Source of the DNA: an uncultured Chloroflexia bacterium
GTDB lineage: Bacteria; Chloroflexota; Chloroflexia; Thermomicrobiales; UBA6265
Assembly (NCBI GenBank): GCA_963724295.1
Contig: CAVRUC010000005.1
Location: forward strand, 202,492-266,491
Reading direction: 5' to 3'
DNA: 64,000 bases
Shown: positions 9,869 to 18,745 of the stretch, one piece after another
Layout: the number at the start of each line of letters is the position of its first letter
Numbering within the stretch: the stretch's first letter is position 1
Translations under genes and position numbers: made by a program
The notes under the pieces: generated by a model
The model's input: the letters and a program-made list of their open reading frames with translations, nothing else
The model's database searches: none
Told to the model about the DNA's origin: nothing

Positions 9869-10038
9869 GTGTCATCCCCAGGAACGACGGATCTCGTCCG
9901 GACCTGACGCATGGACACGAAGAATCGTGATTCCTGGCAAACTGCTATGAAAAACTCGCCGAAAAACCCGAACGGACGCGGAACGGGTTTTCATGCCGTG
10001 GTGATGCCCCACCGGGGCATGACTACTCGGAATGACAC
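9869..10038. repeat. composite palindromic intergenic repeat (GTGTCATCCCC...GAATGACAC) carrying a 97-nt core duplicated at 51690
   Basis: The left end GTGTCATCCCCAGGAACGACGGATCTCGTCC and right end CGGAATGACAC belong to the dispersed GTGTCATCCCGAGG family. The core 9942-10038 matches 51690-51786 at 96/97 positions by hand alignment. Confidence 0.8.
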
Positions 10039-10081
10039 AATGCTCGCAACGCGCTATGGCAACACAGAGGACATGTAATTC

Positions 10082-10921
10082 ATGCTGGTAATCAAGATCG
10101 GCGGCGGCGCGGCCATCGGCGAGGGCGGCTACAGCAACTTTGCCGAGGACCTGGCTACCATCGCCGAGCCGGTCGTGGTCGTCCACGGCGGCAATGCCGA
10201 GTTCAGCGCGCTGAGCCGTCAGCTCGGCATGCCACCGCGCATGATCACGTCGTCCAGCGGGCGCGTCACTCGCTACACCGACGCCGCGACGATGGACGCC
10301 ATGCTGATGGCCTACTGCGGCAAGGTCAACAAGCGGCTCGTCGCTACGTTGCGCAGCGCCGGCGTCAACGCCGTTGGCCTGAGCGCCATCGACGGGGGCA
10401 TCGCCGTCGGCAGACGGAAACCGGTCCTGCGCGGCGCCGAGGATGGCAAGAGCAAAGTGCTTCGGGACGACCACGCGGGAACCCTGGAGTTCGTGGATCC
10501 CTCGCTGGTGGGGCTCTTGCTGCAGAACGGCTACACCCCCGTGCTCACCCCGCCCGCGCTGGGCGAAGCAGGCGTGCCGATCAACGTCGACGGCGACAAG
10601 CTCGCCCTCGAGCTGGCCACCGCGCTGCAGGCGGAGGGCCTGCTCTTCTTCTCCGACACCCCGGGTCTGCTACGTGACCGGCACGACGAAACCTCGCTAA
10701 TCGCCGAAATCGATGCCTCGTCGCCCGAATCGGCACTGGCAGCGGCGGCGGGCCGCATGGTGGTCAAGGTCGAAGCCGCGCTCGGCGCCGTGGAACGCGG
10801 CGTTGGTCGCGTCGTCTTCGCCGATGGTCGCATTGCCAACCCAATCCGGGCGGCGCTAAACGGGCAGGGAACGACCGTCCGACACGCGATGCCCGCGGCA
10901 GCTGAAAAAAGTGATCGGTAA
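10082..10921 (+). CDS. lysZ: amino-acid kinase, LysZ/ArgB type
   Basis: Motifs present: MLVIKIGGGA and VVVHGGN, with an overall acetylglutamate-kinase-like fold. The gene lies within the cluster. Confidence 0.85.
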   Translation: MLVIKIGGGAAIGEGGYSNFAEDLATIAEPVVVVHGGNAEFSALSRQLGMPPRMITSSSGRVTRYTDAATMDAMLMAYCGKVNKRLVATLRSAGVNAVGLSAIDGGIAVGRRKPVLRGAEDGKSKVLRDDHAGTLEFVDPSLVGLLLQNGYTPVLTPPALGEAGVPINVDGDKLALELATALQAEGLLFFSDTPGLLRDRHDETSLIAEIDASSPESALAAAAGRMVVKVEAALGAVERGVGRVVFADGRIANPIRAALNGQGTTVRHAMPAAAEKSDR

Positions 10922-11043
10922 CCCGCGGGGAAGCGTCTTTCAAATCGTGCCCGTAGGAGCGCCGCCTGCAAGGCGTCGCCCGCATTGCCTAGACGGAGAA
11001 CGCACGATTCGGACGCACCCCCAACACAGGAGCAACGCAACAC

Positions 11044-12225
11044 ATGACGACCGTCGGAACGCTCGACCTGGCTCAAATCCAACACCTCGAAAATGATCAC
11101 CAGCCACCGCTCTACGCCAAACGGGAGATCGCCCTCGTCCGCGGCGAGGGCGCCTATCTCTTCGACACCGAGGGGCGCCGGTATCTCGACGCCATGAGCA
11201 ACTACGGCGTGGCGATCCTCGGCCACGCCGACCGGGAATACGCCGCGGCTCTCAGCGAGCAATTGCAGACCCTGGCCACCGGCCACCAGAGCTTTTACAG
11301 CGACGTCCGGGCCGAGCTGCTCGCCGAAATCGCGCAGATCGCACCGGCCGGTTTGACGCGCTACTTCCTCTCCAACTCGGGCGCGGAGGCCGTGGAGGCT
11401 GCGATCAAGTTCGCCCGCGTCGCCACCGGACGACCGAATCTCGTCGCGGCCAAGCGCGGCTATCACGGACGGACCCTGGGCGCTCTGGCCGCGACCGCCG
11501 ACCAGAAGTACCGCGCGCCGTTCGAGCCGCTGGCGCCGCACACAACGCATGTCACGTTCAACGACGTCGACGCGCTCGCGGCCGCCGTCGACGACCAGAC
11601 CGCGGCCATCCTGCTCGAGCCGATCCAGGGCGAAGGTGGCATCTGGCCCGCATCCTCGGAATATCTCCAGTCCGCCCGGGAGATCGCCACCGCCCAAGGA
11701 GCGCTCCTCATCGCCGACGAGATCCAGACCGGCTTCCGCACCGGCGCTCCCTGGGCGATGAGCGTGTCCGAGGTTGTTCCCGACGTGCTGGTCACGGCGA
11801 AAGCGCTAGCCAACGGATTCCCGATCGGTCTGACGATGTTTACCGAAGCGATCTCGGAGGCGATCCCGAGCGGCGCCCATGGCACAACGTTTGGCGCCAG
11901 CCCGCTGGCTTGTCGCGCCGCAATCGTTACCCTGCGCGCGCTGCGTGAGCGGGACCTCTATGCGCGGTCGGCGGCGCTCGGCGCGGAGATCATGGAACGT
12001 CTTACCGGCCTCGGTAGTCCGAAAGTGCGCCAGGTGCGCGGCCGCGGCATGATGATCGGGGTCGAGCTCAAGGAGCGTGTTACCCCGACTCTCCGGGCTC
12101 TGCAACAGCGCGGCGTGCTGGTCCTTCCCGCGGGACCCACCACCTTCCGCCTCCTACCCCCGCTCATCTGGGAGCAGGAGCAGGTCGACGAGTTGATCGA
12201 GGCGGTTGAATCAACGCTGAACTGA
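11044..12225 (+). CDS. lysJ: class III PLP aminotransferase, LysJ/ArgD type
   Basis: It has typical acetylornithine aminotransferase features: SNSGAEAVEAAIKFAR, LIADEIQTGFRTG, and the PLP-lysine region TAKALANGFP. Confidence 0.85.
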   Translation: MTTVGTLDLAQIQHLENDHQPPLYAKREIALVRGEGAYLFDTEGRRYLDAMSNYGVAILGHADREYAAALSEQLQTLATGHQSFYSDVRAELLAEIAQIAPAGLTRYFLSNSGAEAVEAAIKFARVATGRPNLVAAKRGYHGRTLGALAATADQKYRAPFEPLAPHTTHVTFNDVDALAAAVDDQTAAILLEPIQGEGGIWPASSEYLQSAREIATAQGALLIADEIQTGFRTGAPWAMSVSEVVPDVLVTAKALANGFPIGLTMFTEAISEAIPSGAHGTTFGASPLACRAAIVTLRALRERDLYARSAALGAEIMERLTGLGSPKVRQVRGRGMMIGVELKERVTPTLRALQQRGVLVLPAGPTTFRLLPPLIWEQEQVDELIEAVESTLN

Positions 12226-12228
12226 CAC

Positions 12229-12268
12229 ATTTGTGAGAAAGTTGGCTTCACCAGCCGCTTTCACAAAT
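12229..12268. terminator. hairpin between convergent lysJ and fumC
   Basis: The sequence is ATTTGTGAGAAAGTTGGCT-TCACC-AGCCGCTTTCACAAAT, an imperfect long stem in an unusually AT-rich patch between two convergent stop codons. Confidence 0.5.
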
Positions 12269-12286
12269 CAGCGACTGCTTGCAATT

Positions 12287-13687
12287 TCAGCCCGCATTGC
12301 CGGCGCCGCTATCCAATTTCGGTTCGGTCTGCCGGTGCGGATGCAGCGCCTCGTCAACCTGCTCGCGGGTCAATCCCGACTCTTCGTAGGCGAGCTCGCG
12401 CACCGTACGACCAGTCGCGTGCGATTTCTTGGCGATTTTGGCCGCATTGTCGTAACCGATAAGCGGGTTGAGCGCGGTAGCCATGCTGATTGACCCCTCG
12501 ATGTAGCTCTCCGCCTGCTCCCGGTTCGCCTCGAGACCAGCCAGCGCCTTGTCGACGAAGACCCGTGAGACGTTCGCCAGGAGCCGCACGCTCTCCAACA
12601 TATTCCTGGCCATCATCGGCAGCATCACATTGAGGTCGAGCTGGCCCCACTGGCCACCGATGGTGATCGCCTGGCAGTTGCCCGTGACTTGCGCTCCAAC
12701 CTGGATGACGACCTCGCTGATTACGGGATTGACCTTGCCCGGCATGATCGAGCTTCCCGGTTGGATGGCCGGTAGCACCAGCTCGCCCAGCCCAGCCTGC
12801 GGTCCGGAGGCCAGCAGACGAATATCGTTGGCGATCTTCATCAGCGTCGCGGCGAGCGCGGTCAGCGCCCCGGCTGTGAAGACATAGGCATCGCGAGCCC
12901 CTTGCGCCTCGAAATGGTTCTCCGCCTCCCGAAAATGCGTGCCGGTGAGGTCAGAGAGTTCCCGCGCCACACGAGCACCGAAATCGGGATGCGTGTTCAA
13001 CCCGGTGCCGACCGCGGTGCCGCCAATAGCCAGCTCGCGCAGCCCGGGCAGCGTTGCCTCGATGCGCTGGATGGTCAGCTCGATCTGTCGCGCGTAGCCG
13101 CTGAACTCCTGACCCAGCCGGATCGGCACCGCGTCCATCAGGTGGGTGCGGCCGATCTTCACGACGTCGTCGAACGCTTTGGCCTTGCGACCGAGGATGT
13201 CGTGCAGATACTGGAGCGCCGGGATCAGGTCGTTCTCGATCGCGAGCACCGCCGAGACATGCAATACGGTTGGGATGACGTCGTTCGATGACTGTCCGAG
13301 GTTCACCTCATCGTTCGGGTGGACCCTTCGTCCCAATTCGACTGAAGCGACCGCGGCGATCACCTCGTTGGCGTTCATGTTCGACGACGTCCCTGAACCC
13401 GTCTGAAAGACGTCGATTGGGAACTCTTCGTCCAGCTCACCGTCGGCCACGGCGCGCGCGGCATGCTCGATGGCATCGGCCACGTCCGGCGGCAACAGGC
13501 TGAGTTCGCGATTCACTCGGGCCGCGGCCAACTTCACCAGACCCAGCGCCCGGATGAACTCAGCGGGCATCGGTTGACCGGAGATCGGGAAATTCTCAAC
13601 CGCTCGCTGCGTCTGCGCGCCATAGCGGGCCGCGGCGGGCAGGACCACCTCGCCCATCGTATCTCGTTCAACTCGCGTCTCGGTCAT
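12287..13687 (-). CDS. fumC: class II fumarate hydratase
   Basis: Motifs present: GSSIMPGKVNP signature and QTGSGTSSNMNANEVIA. The length is 466 aa. Confidence 0.9.
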   Translation of the reverse strand: MTETRVERDTMGEVVLPAAARYGAQTQRAVENFPISGQPMPAEFIRALGLVKLAAARVNRELSLLPPDVADAIEHAARAVADGELDEEFPIDVFQTGSGTSSNMNANEVIAAVASVELGRRVHPNDEVNLGQSSNDVIPTVLHVSAVLAIENDLIPALQYLHDILGRKAKAFDDVVKIGRTHLMDAVPIRLGQEFSGYARQIELTIQRIEATLPGLRELAIGGTAVGTGLNTHPDFGARVARELSDLTGTHFREAENHFEAQGARDAYVFTAGALTALAATLMKIANDIRLLASGPQAGLGELVLPAIQPGSSIMPGKVNPVISEVVIQVGAQVTGNCQAITIGGQWGQLDLNVMLPMMARNMLESVRLLANVSRVFVDKALAGLEANREQAESYIEGSISMATALNPLIGYDNAAKIAKKSHATGRTVRELAYEESGLTREQVDEALHPHRQTEPKLDSGAGNAG

Positions 13688-13704
13688 TCGATCGAATCTC
13701 CGCG

Positions 13705-13751
13705 TTCCCCCTCTCCTCAGCGCACTGGGAGCGGGGGTCAGGGGGTGAGGG
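13705..13751. repeat. hairpin repeat TTCCCCCTCTCC..AGCGCACTGGGAG.GGGG..AGGGGTGAGGG, copy 1
   Basis: It is about 90% identical by eye to 28725-28768. An internal stem pairs CCCCCTCTCC with GGAGCGGGGG. It lies between the proS stop and the fumC start. Confidence 0.7.
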
Positions 13752-13759
13752 AACCGGTC

Positions 13760-15499
13760 TCAGTCCGCGGGCTCATTACCCGCAAGTCCCGCATACAACT
13801 CGTCCAGCATCCCGCGCACGGTCGACACTACTTCAGCGAGCGGAACGAAGACGGCTTCGTCCGCCGACCGCAGCTTGATCTCCGCCTCTCCCTTGCCCAG
13901 CGTCCGCGTGCTGACCGAGACACGGACGGGATTGCCAATCAGATCGGCGTCGTTGAACTTGACCCCCGCGCGCTCCGATCTGTCATCGTAGAGCACTTCG
14001 ATGCCGGCCCGCGTCAGCTCGTCGTAGAGCCGGTCAGCCGCATCCTGCGGCTCGGTGTCGTCAGCGCCGCCGATCCACAACAGCGACACTTCGTACGGAG
14101 CGACCGTCACCGGCCAGACGATCCCGCGGTCGTCGTGATGCTGCTCGACCACGGTCGCCGAAACGCGCCCCGAACCGATGCCATACGATCCCATGTAGAT
14201 CGGGTGGCTGATCCCTTCGGCGTCGAGATACTCGGCCCCCAGCGCCTTGGAGTAGCGCGTGCCGAGCTTGAAGATATTTCCGACCTCGATGGCGCGTTCC
14301 GCGGTTAGCGCGGCACCGCACGTCGAGCAGGGGAACCCCGCCTCAGCCGACGCGATGTCGGCCACGACATCCGGCGTGTAGTCGCGCCCGGGGTTGGTGT
14401 TGAGCATGTGCCAGCCGACCCGGTTGGCTCCCGCCACCAGATTCGGCGTATCGCGCACACTCTCGTCGATGACGATCAACGCATCGCGAACCCCGACAGG
14501 TGATCCGTACCCCGGCTCCGCTCCTATGGCCCGGATCTCCTCGACTGTGGCCGGTGTGAGGCCGGTCTCACCGGCGGCCTTGCGCAGCTTCGTCTCGTTG
14601 ACGTCGAGATCGCCCCGGATCACGGCGAAGACGAACCGGCCGGAATCCCCCTTGTAGAACACCGCCTTCGCCGTCTTGGCGAGTGGTATGTTCAAGAAAT
14701 CCGCCAGCGCCTGGATCGTGGTCGTACTCGGCGTCTCGATCTCCTCCATTGGCAGGGGAGCTTCCCCGGTTGGGGCATCGCGTTGGAACGTGGCCACCTC
14801 ACGGTTATCCGCGTAGCCGCACTCCGGGCAGATGAGCACGATATCTTCGCCATAGGACGAGAGGGCCATGAACTCGTGAGAAGCACTGCCGCCCATCATG
14901 CCGGTGTCCGCACCGACGACGACGAAGTCGAGCCCCACCCGGCGGAAGATCCGCTCGTAGGCCCGCCAGTGGTTCTGGTACTGCGCATCCAGCCCTTCCT
15001 CGTCCCGGTCGAGGGTGTAGGAGTCCTTCATCGTGAACTCGCGGACCCGGATCAATCCGCCCCGCGAGCGAGGCTCATCACGCCACTTGGTCTGGATGTG
15101 ATAGACGACCATCGGCAGCTGGCGGTAGGAGCTGACTTCCTGCCGCGCCAGATCAGTGACGATCTCCTCGTGGGTCATGGCCAGAACCATGTCGCGGTCG
15201 CCGCGGTCCTTAAAGCGGGTCAATTCCGGCCCGACGACGTCGTACCGACCCGATTCCCGCCAGATGTCGGCCGGATGGACGACCGGCATCAGCATCTCTT
15301 GCCCGCCGATGGCGTTCATTTCCTCGCGAATGATCTGCTCGACCTTGCGCACAACTCGCCAGCCCAATGGCAGCAGGCTGTAAATGCCCGCGCCCAAAGG
15401 CCGCATCAATGCGGCGCGCAGCATCAGTCGGTGACTGGGCAGCTCGACATCGCCCGGCGCTTCGCGCAGCGTCCGGCCGAACAGGTGTGACATCCGCAT
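13760..15499 (-). CDS. proS: prolyl-tRNA synthetase (bacterial type with editing insertion)
   Basis: The N-terminus reads MRMSHLFGRTLREAP...LMLRAALMRPLGAGIYSLLPLG. Class II aaRS motifs are present and the length is 579 aa. Confidence 0.9.
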   Translation of the reverse strand: MRMSHLFGRTLREAPGDVELPSHRLMLRAALMRPLGAGIYSLLPLGWRVVRKVEQIIREEMNAIGGQEMLMPVVHPADIWRESGRYDVVGPELTRFKDRGDRDMVLAMTHEEIVTDLARQEVSSYRQLPMVVYHIQTKWRDEPRSRGGLIRVREFTMKDSYTLDRDEEGLDAQYQNHWRAYERIFRRVGLDFVVVGADTGMMGGSASHEFMALSSYGEDIVLICPECGYADNREVATFQRDAPTGEAPLPMEEIETPSTTTIQALADFLNIPLAKTAKAVFYKGDSGRFVFAVIRGDLDVNETKLRKAAGETGLTPATVEEIRAIGAEPGYGSPVGVRDALIVIDESVRDTPNLVAGANRVGWHMLNTNPGRDYTPDVVADIASAEAGFPCSTCGAALTAERAIEVGNIFKLGTRYSKALGAEYLDAEGISHPIYMGSYGIGSGRVSATVVEQHHDDRGIVWPVTVAPYEVSLLWIGGADDTEPQDAADRLYDELTRAGIEVLYDDRSERAGVKFNDADLIGNPVRVSVSTRTLGKGEAEIKLRSADEAVFVPLAEVVSTVRGMLDELYAGLAGNEPAD

Positions 15500-15597
15500 C
15501 GACTGTTGAACCTCACCTTCAGGACCACTCGAGGGCTTCGCGACATGGTGAGAATACCAGTCTCGTCAGTGGGAGTTGATCTCGAAATGCCCAGAGA

Positions 15598-16140
15598 TCA
15601 GCGAACTTTGGCCCGCTTCGGTTCGCGTCCCGCTGCGTAATCTTCGATTCTGGCGGCGATGAACAGCAGTGACGAGAGGCGGTTCAGGTATCCCAGAATT
15701 GCCGGGTTCACCGAATGACCGGCATGGCTCAGCGCTACTACGTGCCGCTCGCCGCGGCGGGTCACGCTCCTCGCGACGTCCAGCGCCGCGCCGGGCGCCG
15801 ATTCACCGGGCAGGATGAACTCACGCGGCAATTCCACGCTGGCCGCCATAGCGTCCGTCTCAGCTCCGAGCCAATCGACGCGATCCCGCGGGAACTCGTA
15901 CGCCGCCGGACGCAACTCCGGCGTGAACGCCAGCGCGGCCATGATCTGGTAGAGGTCGCGCTGCACCGCGACCAGATCCTCGCGCACGCGGCCGTCCGCT
16001 GCCATTGACCGAGCCAGGCCGATCGTCGAGGTTGCCTCGTCCAGGCTCCCCAGCGCGTCGATGCGCGGGTCGTCCTTGGCCACGCGAGCGCCAAGCAGAT
16101 CAGTCGTACCGTCGTCGCCAAGCCCGGTATAAAACCGCAC
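15598..16140 (-). CDS. PduO-type ATP:cob(I)alamin adenosyltransferase
   Basis: The N-terminal motif is FYTGLGDDGTTDL, typical of the family. The preferred start is GTG at 16140, preceded by GGGAGGGG. The track start at 16179 adds 13 aa. Confidence 0.8.
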   Translation of the reverse strand: MRFYTGLGDDGTTDLLGARVAKDDPRIDALGSLDEATSTIGLARSMAADGRVREDLVAVQRDLYQIMAALAFTPELRPAAYEFPRDRVDWLGAETDAMAASVELPREFILPGESAPGAALDVARSVTRRGERHVVALSHAGHSVNPAILGYLNRLSSLLFIAARIEDYAAGREPKRAKVR

Positions 16141-16322
16141 CACACCCCTCCCGCGACTGGCCAGAGATGCGACGCACACGAAGGCGTCGCCAGTTTCACT
16201 CTACTCCGTGTGGTAGCATCCTTGCCCCGGAGCGCCCCGAGTCCCGCTCATCGCCTGGCCGTTCCTCGGTCACGCCAGGAACTAGCTGTATCGTGAGCTA
16301 CCCTCAACCTCAGTCCGCATCC

Positions 16323-17435
16323 ATGTTCGAGACCAATAGCGAGGAACCGATTCGTGTCGGCGTCATCGGCACCGGCTTCGGGGCGTCATTGCACTTGTCC
16401 GCGTTGCGCGAAAACCCGGACTTCCAGACCGCGGCGATCTGCTCGCGCCGGCCCGAGCGGGCGAGGGCGGCGGCCCTCGACCACGGAATCTCGACTCATC
16501 TCTCCGACTATCGCGAGCTGGTCCGCGACCGCGAGATCGACGCCGTCATCGTCGCCTCACCGCCACACCTTCATCACGGCATGGTGATTGCCGCTCTCGA
16601 AGCGGGAAAGCACGTGCTCTGTGAAAAGCCAATGGCCAGAAACCTCGCCGAAGCGCGAGACATGCAGCGGATCGCGGAGCGGGTCGGCACCGTGTCCATG
16701 GTCAACAACCAGTTGCGGTTTCTTCCTGTGCGCATGCGCATTCGCGAGCTCATCAGCGAGGGGTACATCGGCGAGCCGCATGCCGCCAGCGTCGTCGTCC
16801 ACCGCTCCAGCCTCAACGACCCACACGAGCGGCCCTGGGGCTGGCTCATGGAGCAGGAGAAAGCGGGAGGCATGCTCGGCGCCACCGGCGCCCATTACCT
16901 CGACGCGCTGCGGTGGTGGTTCGGTGAGGTCAAAGCCGTCGCCGGAGCCGTCTCGACGATGGTCCGCCAGCGGCGGCTGCCCGATTCGTCCGCCATGGCG
17001 AAAGTCGATGCCGACGACAACTTCTCGGTCATCCTTCGCTTCGCCAACGGCGCACTCGGTACGATCCACGTCTCGGCCACCGCCGGCCATGAGGGCGACG
17101 AGGAGGTCACCCTTTCCGGGTCCGACGGCACCCTGCAAATTCGGCACGGACGCCTCTGGGCCGCCCGCGGCGGCGAGTTCAGCCTCAGCGAGCTGCCAGT
17201 GCCCGAACACCTGTCAGGCGGCGTGATCCCCGGCGGTCACTATTTGGTTCAACCGACGGCGTTACTGCTGCGGGCCTGGGCGAAAGCGATTCGGGAGAAC
17301 GCTCCGGCCTCGCCATCGTTCGCGGACGGCGTGAAAACGCAGGAGCTGATCGACGGCGCGCTGCGATCCAGCCAGCAGGGGCGCTGGATCGACACCAGCG
17401 GTGCACGCTGGCCGATGACTGGATCGCCACTCTGA
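16323..17435 (+). CDS. Gfo/Idh/MocA-family NAD(P)-dependent oxidoreductase
   Basis: The sequence IRVGVIGTGFGASLHL forms the Rossmann N-terminus, and an EKPMA motif is present. ATG 16323 was chosen because the track ORF from 16005 overlaps the divergent gene. Confidence 0.8.
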   Translation: MFETNSEEPIRVGVIGTGFGASLHLSALRENPDFQTAAICSRRPERARAAALDHGISTHLSDYRELVRDREIDAVIVASPPHLHHGMVIAALEAGKHVLCEKPMARNLAEARDMQRIAERVGTVSMVNNQLRFLPVRMRIRELISEGYIGEPHAASVVVHRSSLNDPHERPWGWLMEQEKAGGMLGATGAHYLDALRWWFGEVKAVAGAVSTMVRQRRLPDSSAMAKVDADDNFSVILRFANGALGTIHVSATAGHEGDEEVTLSGSDGTLQIRHGRLWAARGGEFSLSELPVPEHLSGGVIPGGHYLVQPTALLLRAWAKAIRENAPASPSFADGVKTQELIDGALRSSQQGRWIDTSGARWPMTGSPL

Positions 17436-17454
17436 TGACGGAGCCTTCTCCCCT

Positions 17455-18597
17455 ATGAGCGCTTCGACCGCGGTTGGGGCTGGAATCGAACATCGCATCG
17501 TCGCCGGCGAGCAAGTGCTCGATACCCCTCTCATCGCCGTCGATCTCGACCTGCTCGAGCGCAATATCGCCGAGATGGCATCGCTTGCGACCAGCTACGG
17601 TGTTTCGCTGCGACCTCATGCCAAGACGCACAAGAGCCCGCATGTCGCCCGCATGCAGCTCGAGGCAGGTGCGGTTGGGCTGACGTGCGCCAAGCTCGGC
17701 GAGGCCGAGGTACTCGTCGATCAGGGCGGCGTCGGCGATATCTTGATTGCCTACCCCATCGTCGGCGATATAAAGATCCGCCGCCTGCTTGAGCTGCTCG
17801 ATCGCGCCCGCGTCGCCGTTGCGGTCGATACTCACCCGGCGGCTGTGGCGTTGTCTCGAGCAATTTCCGCCGCTGATCGCACGCTCGACATCTATCTCGA
17901 GGTCAATACCGGTCAGGACCGGGCTGGAGCGCGTGCTGGTCAGGAGGCAGTCGATCTCGCGGTCGCCATCTCCGCACTACCGGGGTTGCGACTCACCGGC
18001 GTCATGACCCACGAAGGTCACGCCGGCTTCAGCGCCCCGGACGAAATCGCCACCATCGCCCGGAACGCCGGTCAGGCTCTGGTCGATACGGCAGAGCGCA
18101 TCCGCGCCCAGGGCGTCGCGGTCAGACACGTCAGCGTCGGCTCCACCCCGGCCTCGTGGTTTACGCCGCGGGTCGCCGGCATCACCGAGATGCGACCGGG
18201 CACTTACGTCTTCAACGACAACAACGCGTTCCGGCACGGCCGCATCGGTCCTGATCGCTGTGCGGCGCGGGTGATCTCCACCGTGGTCAGCCGTCCGGCC
18301 TCGGACCGCGCCATCGTCGACGCTGGCTCAAAAGCGCTGGCGCTCGATCCCAGCCCTAGCCACCCTGGTCACGGCTACATCGTGGGACACCCGGGCGCGA
18401 CGATCGCCCGTCTCAGTGAAGAGCATGGCGTCGTCACGCTCGCGCCCAATGAAACTGGATTCGACGTCGGCGATCGGGTCGAGATCATCCCGAACCACAT
18501 CTGCCCGGCCGTCAACCTGACTGACGAGCTGGTCATGCTCCGCGACGGACACGTCGTCGATCGCTGGCCGGTGGCCGCACGCGGCAAGGTGCGGTAG
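17455..18597 (+). CDS. D-serine dehydratase-like / D-threonine aldolase-like PLP enzyme (alanine racemase N-terminal fold)
   Basis: It carries the RPHAKTHKSP PLP-lysine motif. The C-terminal IIPNHIC motif is typical of the DSD1 family. Confidence 0.7.
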   Translation: MSASTAVGAGIEHRIVAGEQVLDTPLIAVDLDLLERNIAEMASLATSYGVSLRPHAKTHKSPHVARMQLEAGAVGLTCAKLGEAEVLVDQGGVGDILIAYPIVGDIKIRRLLELLDRARVAVAVDTHPAAVALSRAISAADRTLDIYLEVNTGQDRAGARAGQEAVDLAVAISALPGLRLTGVMTHEGHAGFSAPDEIATIARNAGQALVDTAERIRAQGVAVRHVSVGSTPASWFTPRVAGITEMRPGTYVFNDNNAFRHGRIGPDRCAARVISTVVSRPASDRAIVDAGSKALALDPSPSHPGHGYIVGHPGATIARLSEEHGVVTLAPNETGFDVGDRVEIIPNHICPAVNLTDELVMLRDGHVVDRWPVAARGKVR

Positions 18598-18614
18598 CGC
18601 GACTCCGCACGCCT

Positions 18615-18650
18615 GTGTCATCCCGAGGAACGAGGGATGTCGTCCGTGTC
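18615..18650. repeat. GTGTCATCCCGAGGAACGAGGGAT family repeat end
   Basis: The sequence GTGTCATCCCGAGGAACGAGGGATGTCGTCCGTGTC lies between convergent genes. It shares the same motif as 25918, 41557 and 9869. Confidence 0.7.
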
Positions 18651-18745
18651 TTCGTTAGTGGCTGCCGAAGCTCAGGTTTTCGGTCCGTTTGAGTGCCACG
18701 ACATTCGGATGTTGCCGTAGGATCACTGCTGTGGCGAGAACCGCC

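Noticed and set aside
9872-10474. 200-aa minus-strand ORF
   Set aside because: It is antisense to lysZ and runs through the intergenic repeat. It is a typical high-GC shadow ORF with no motifs.
10531-11697. 388-aa minus-strand ORF
   Set aside because: It is antisense to lysZ and lysJ, both of which have unambiguous family motifs on the plus strand.
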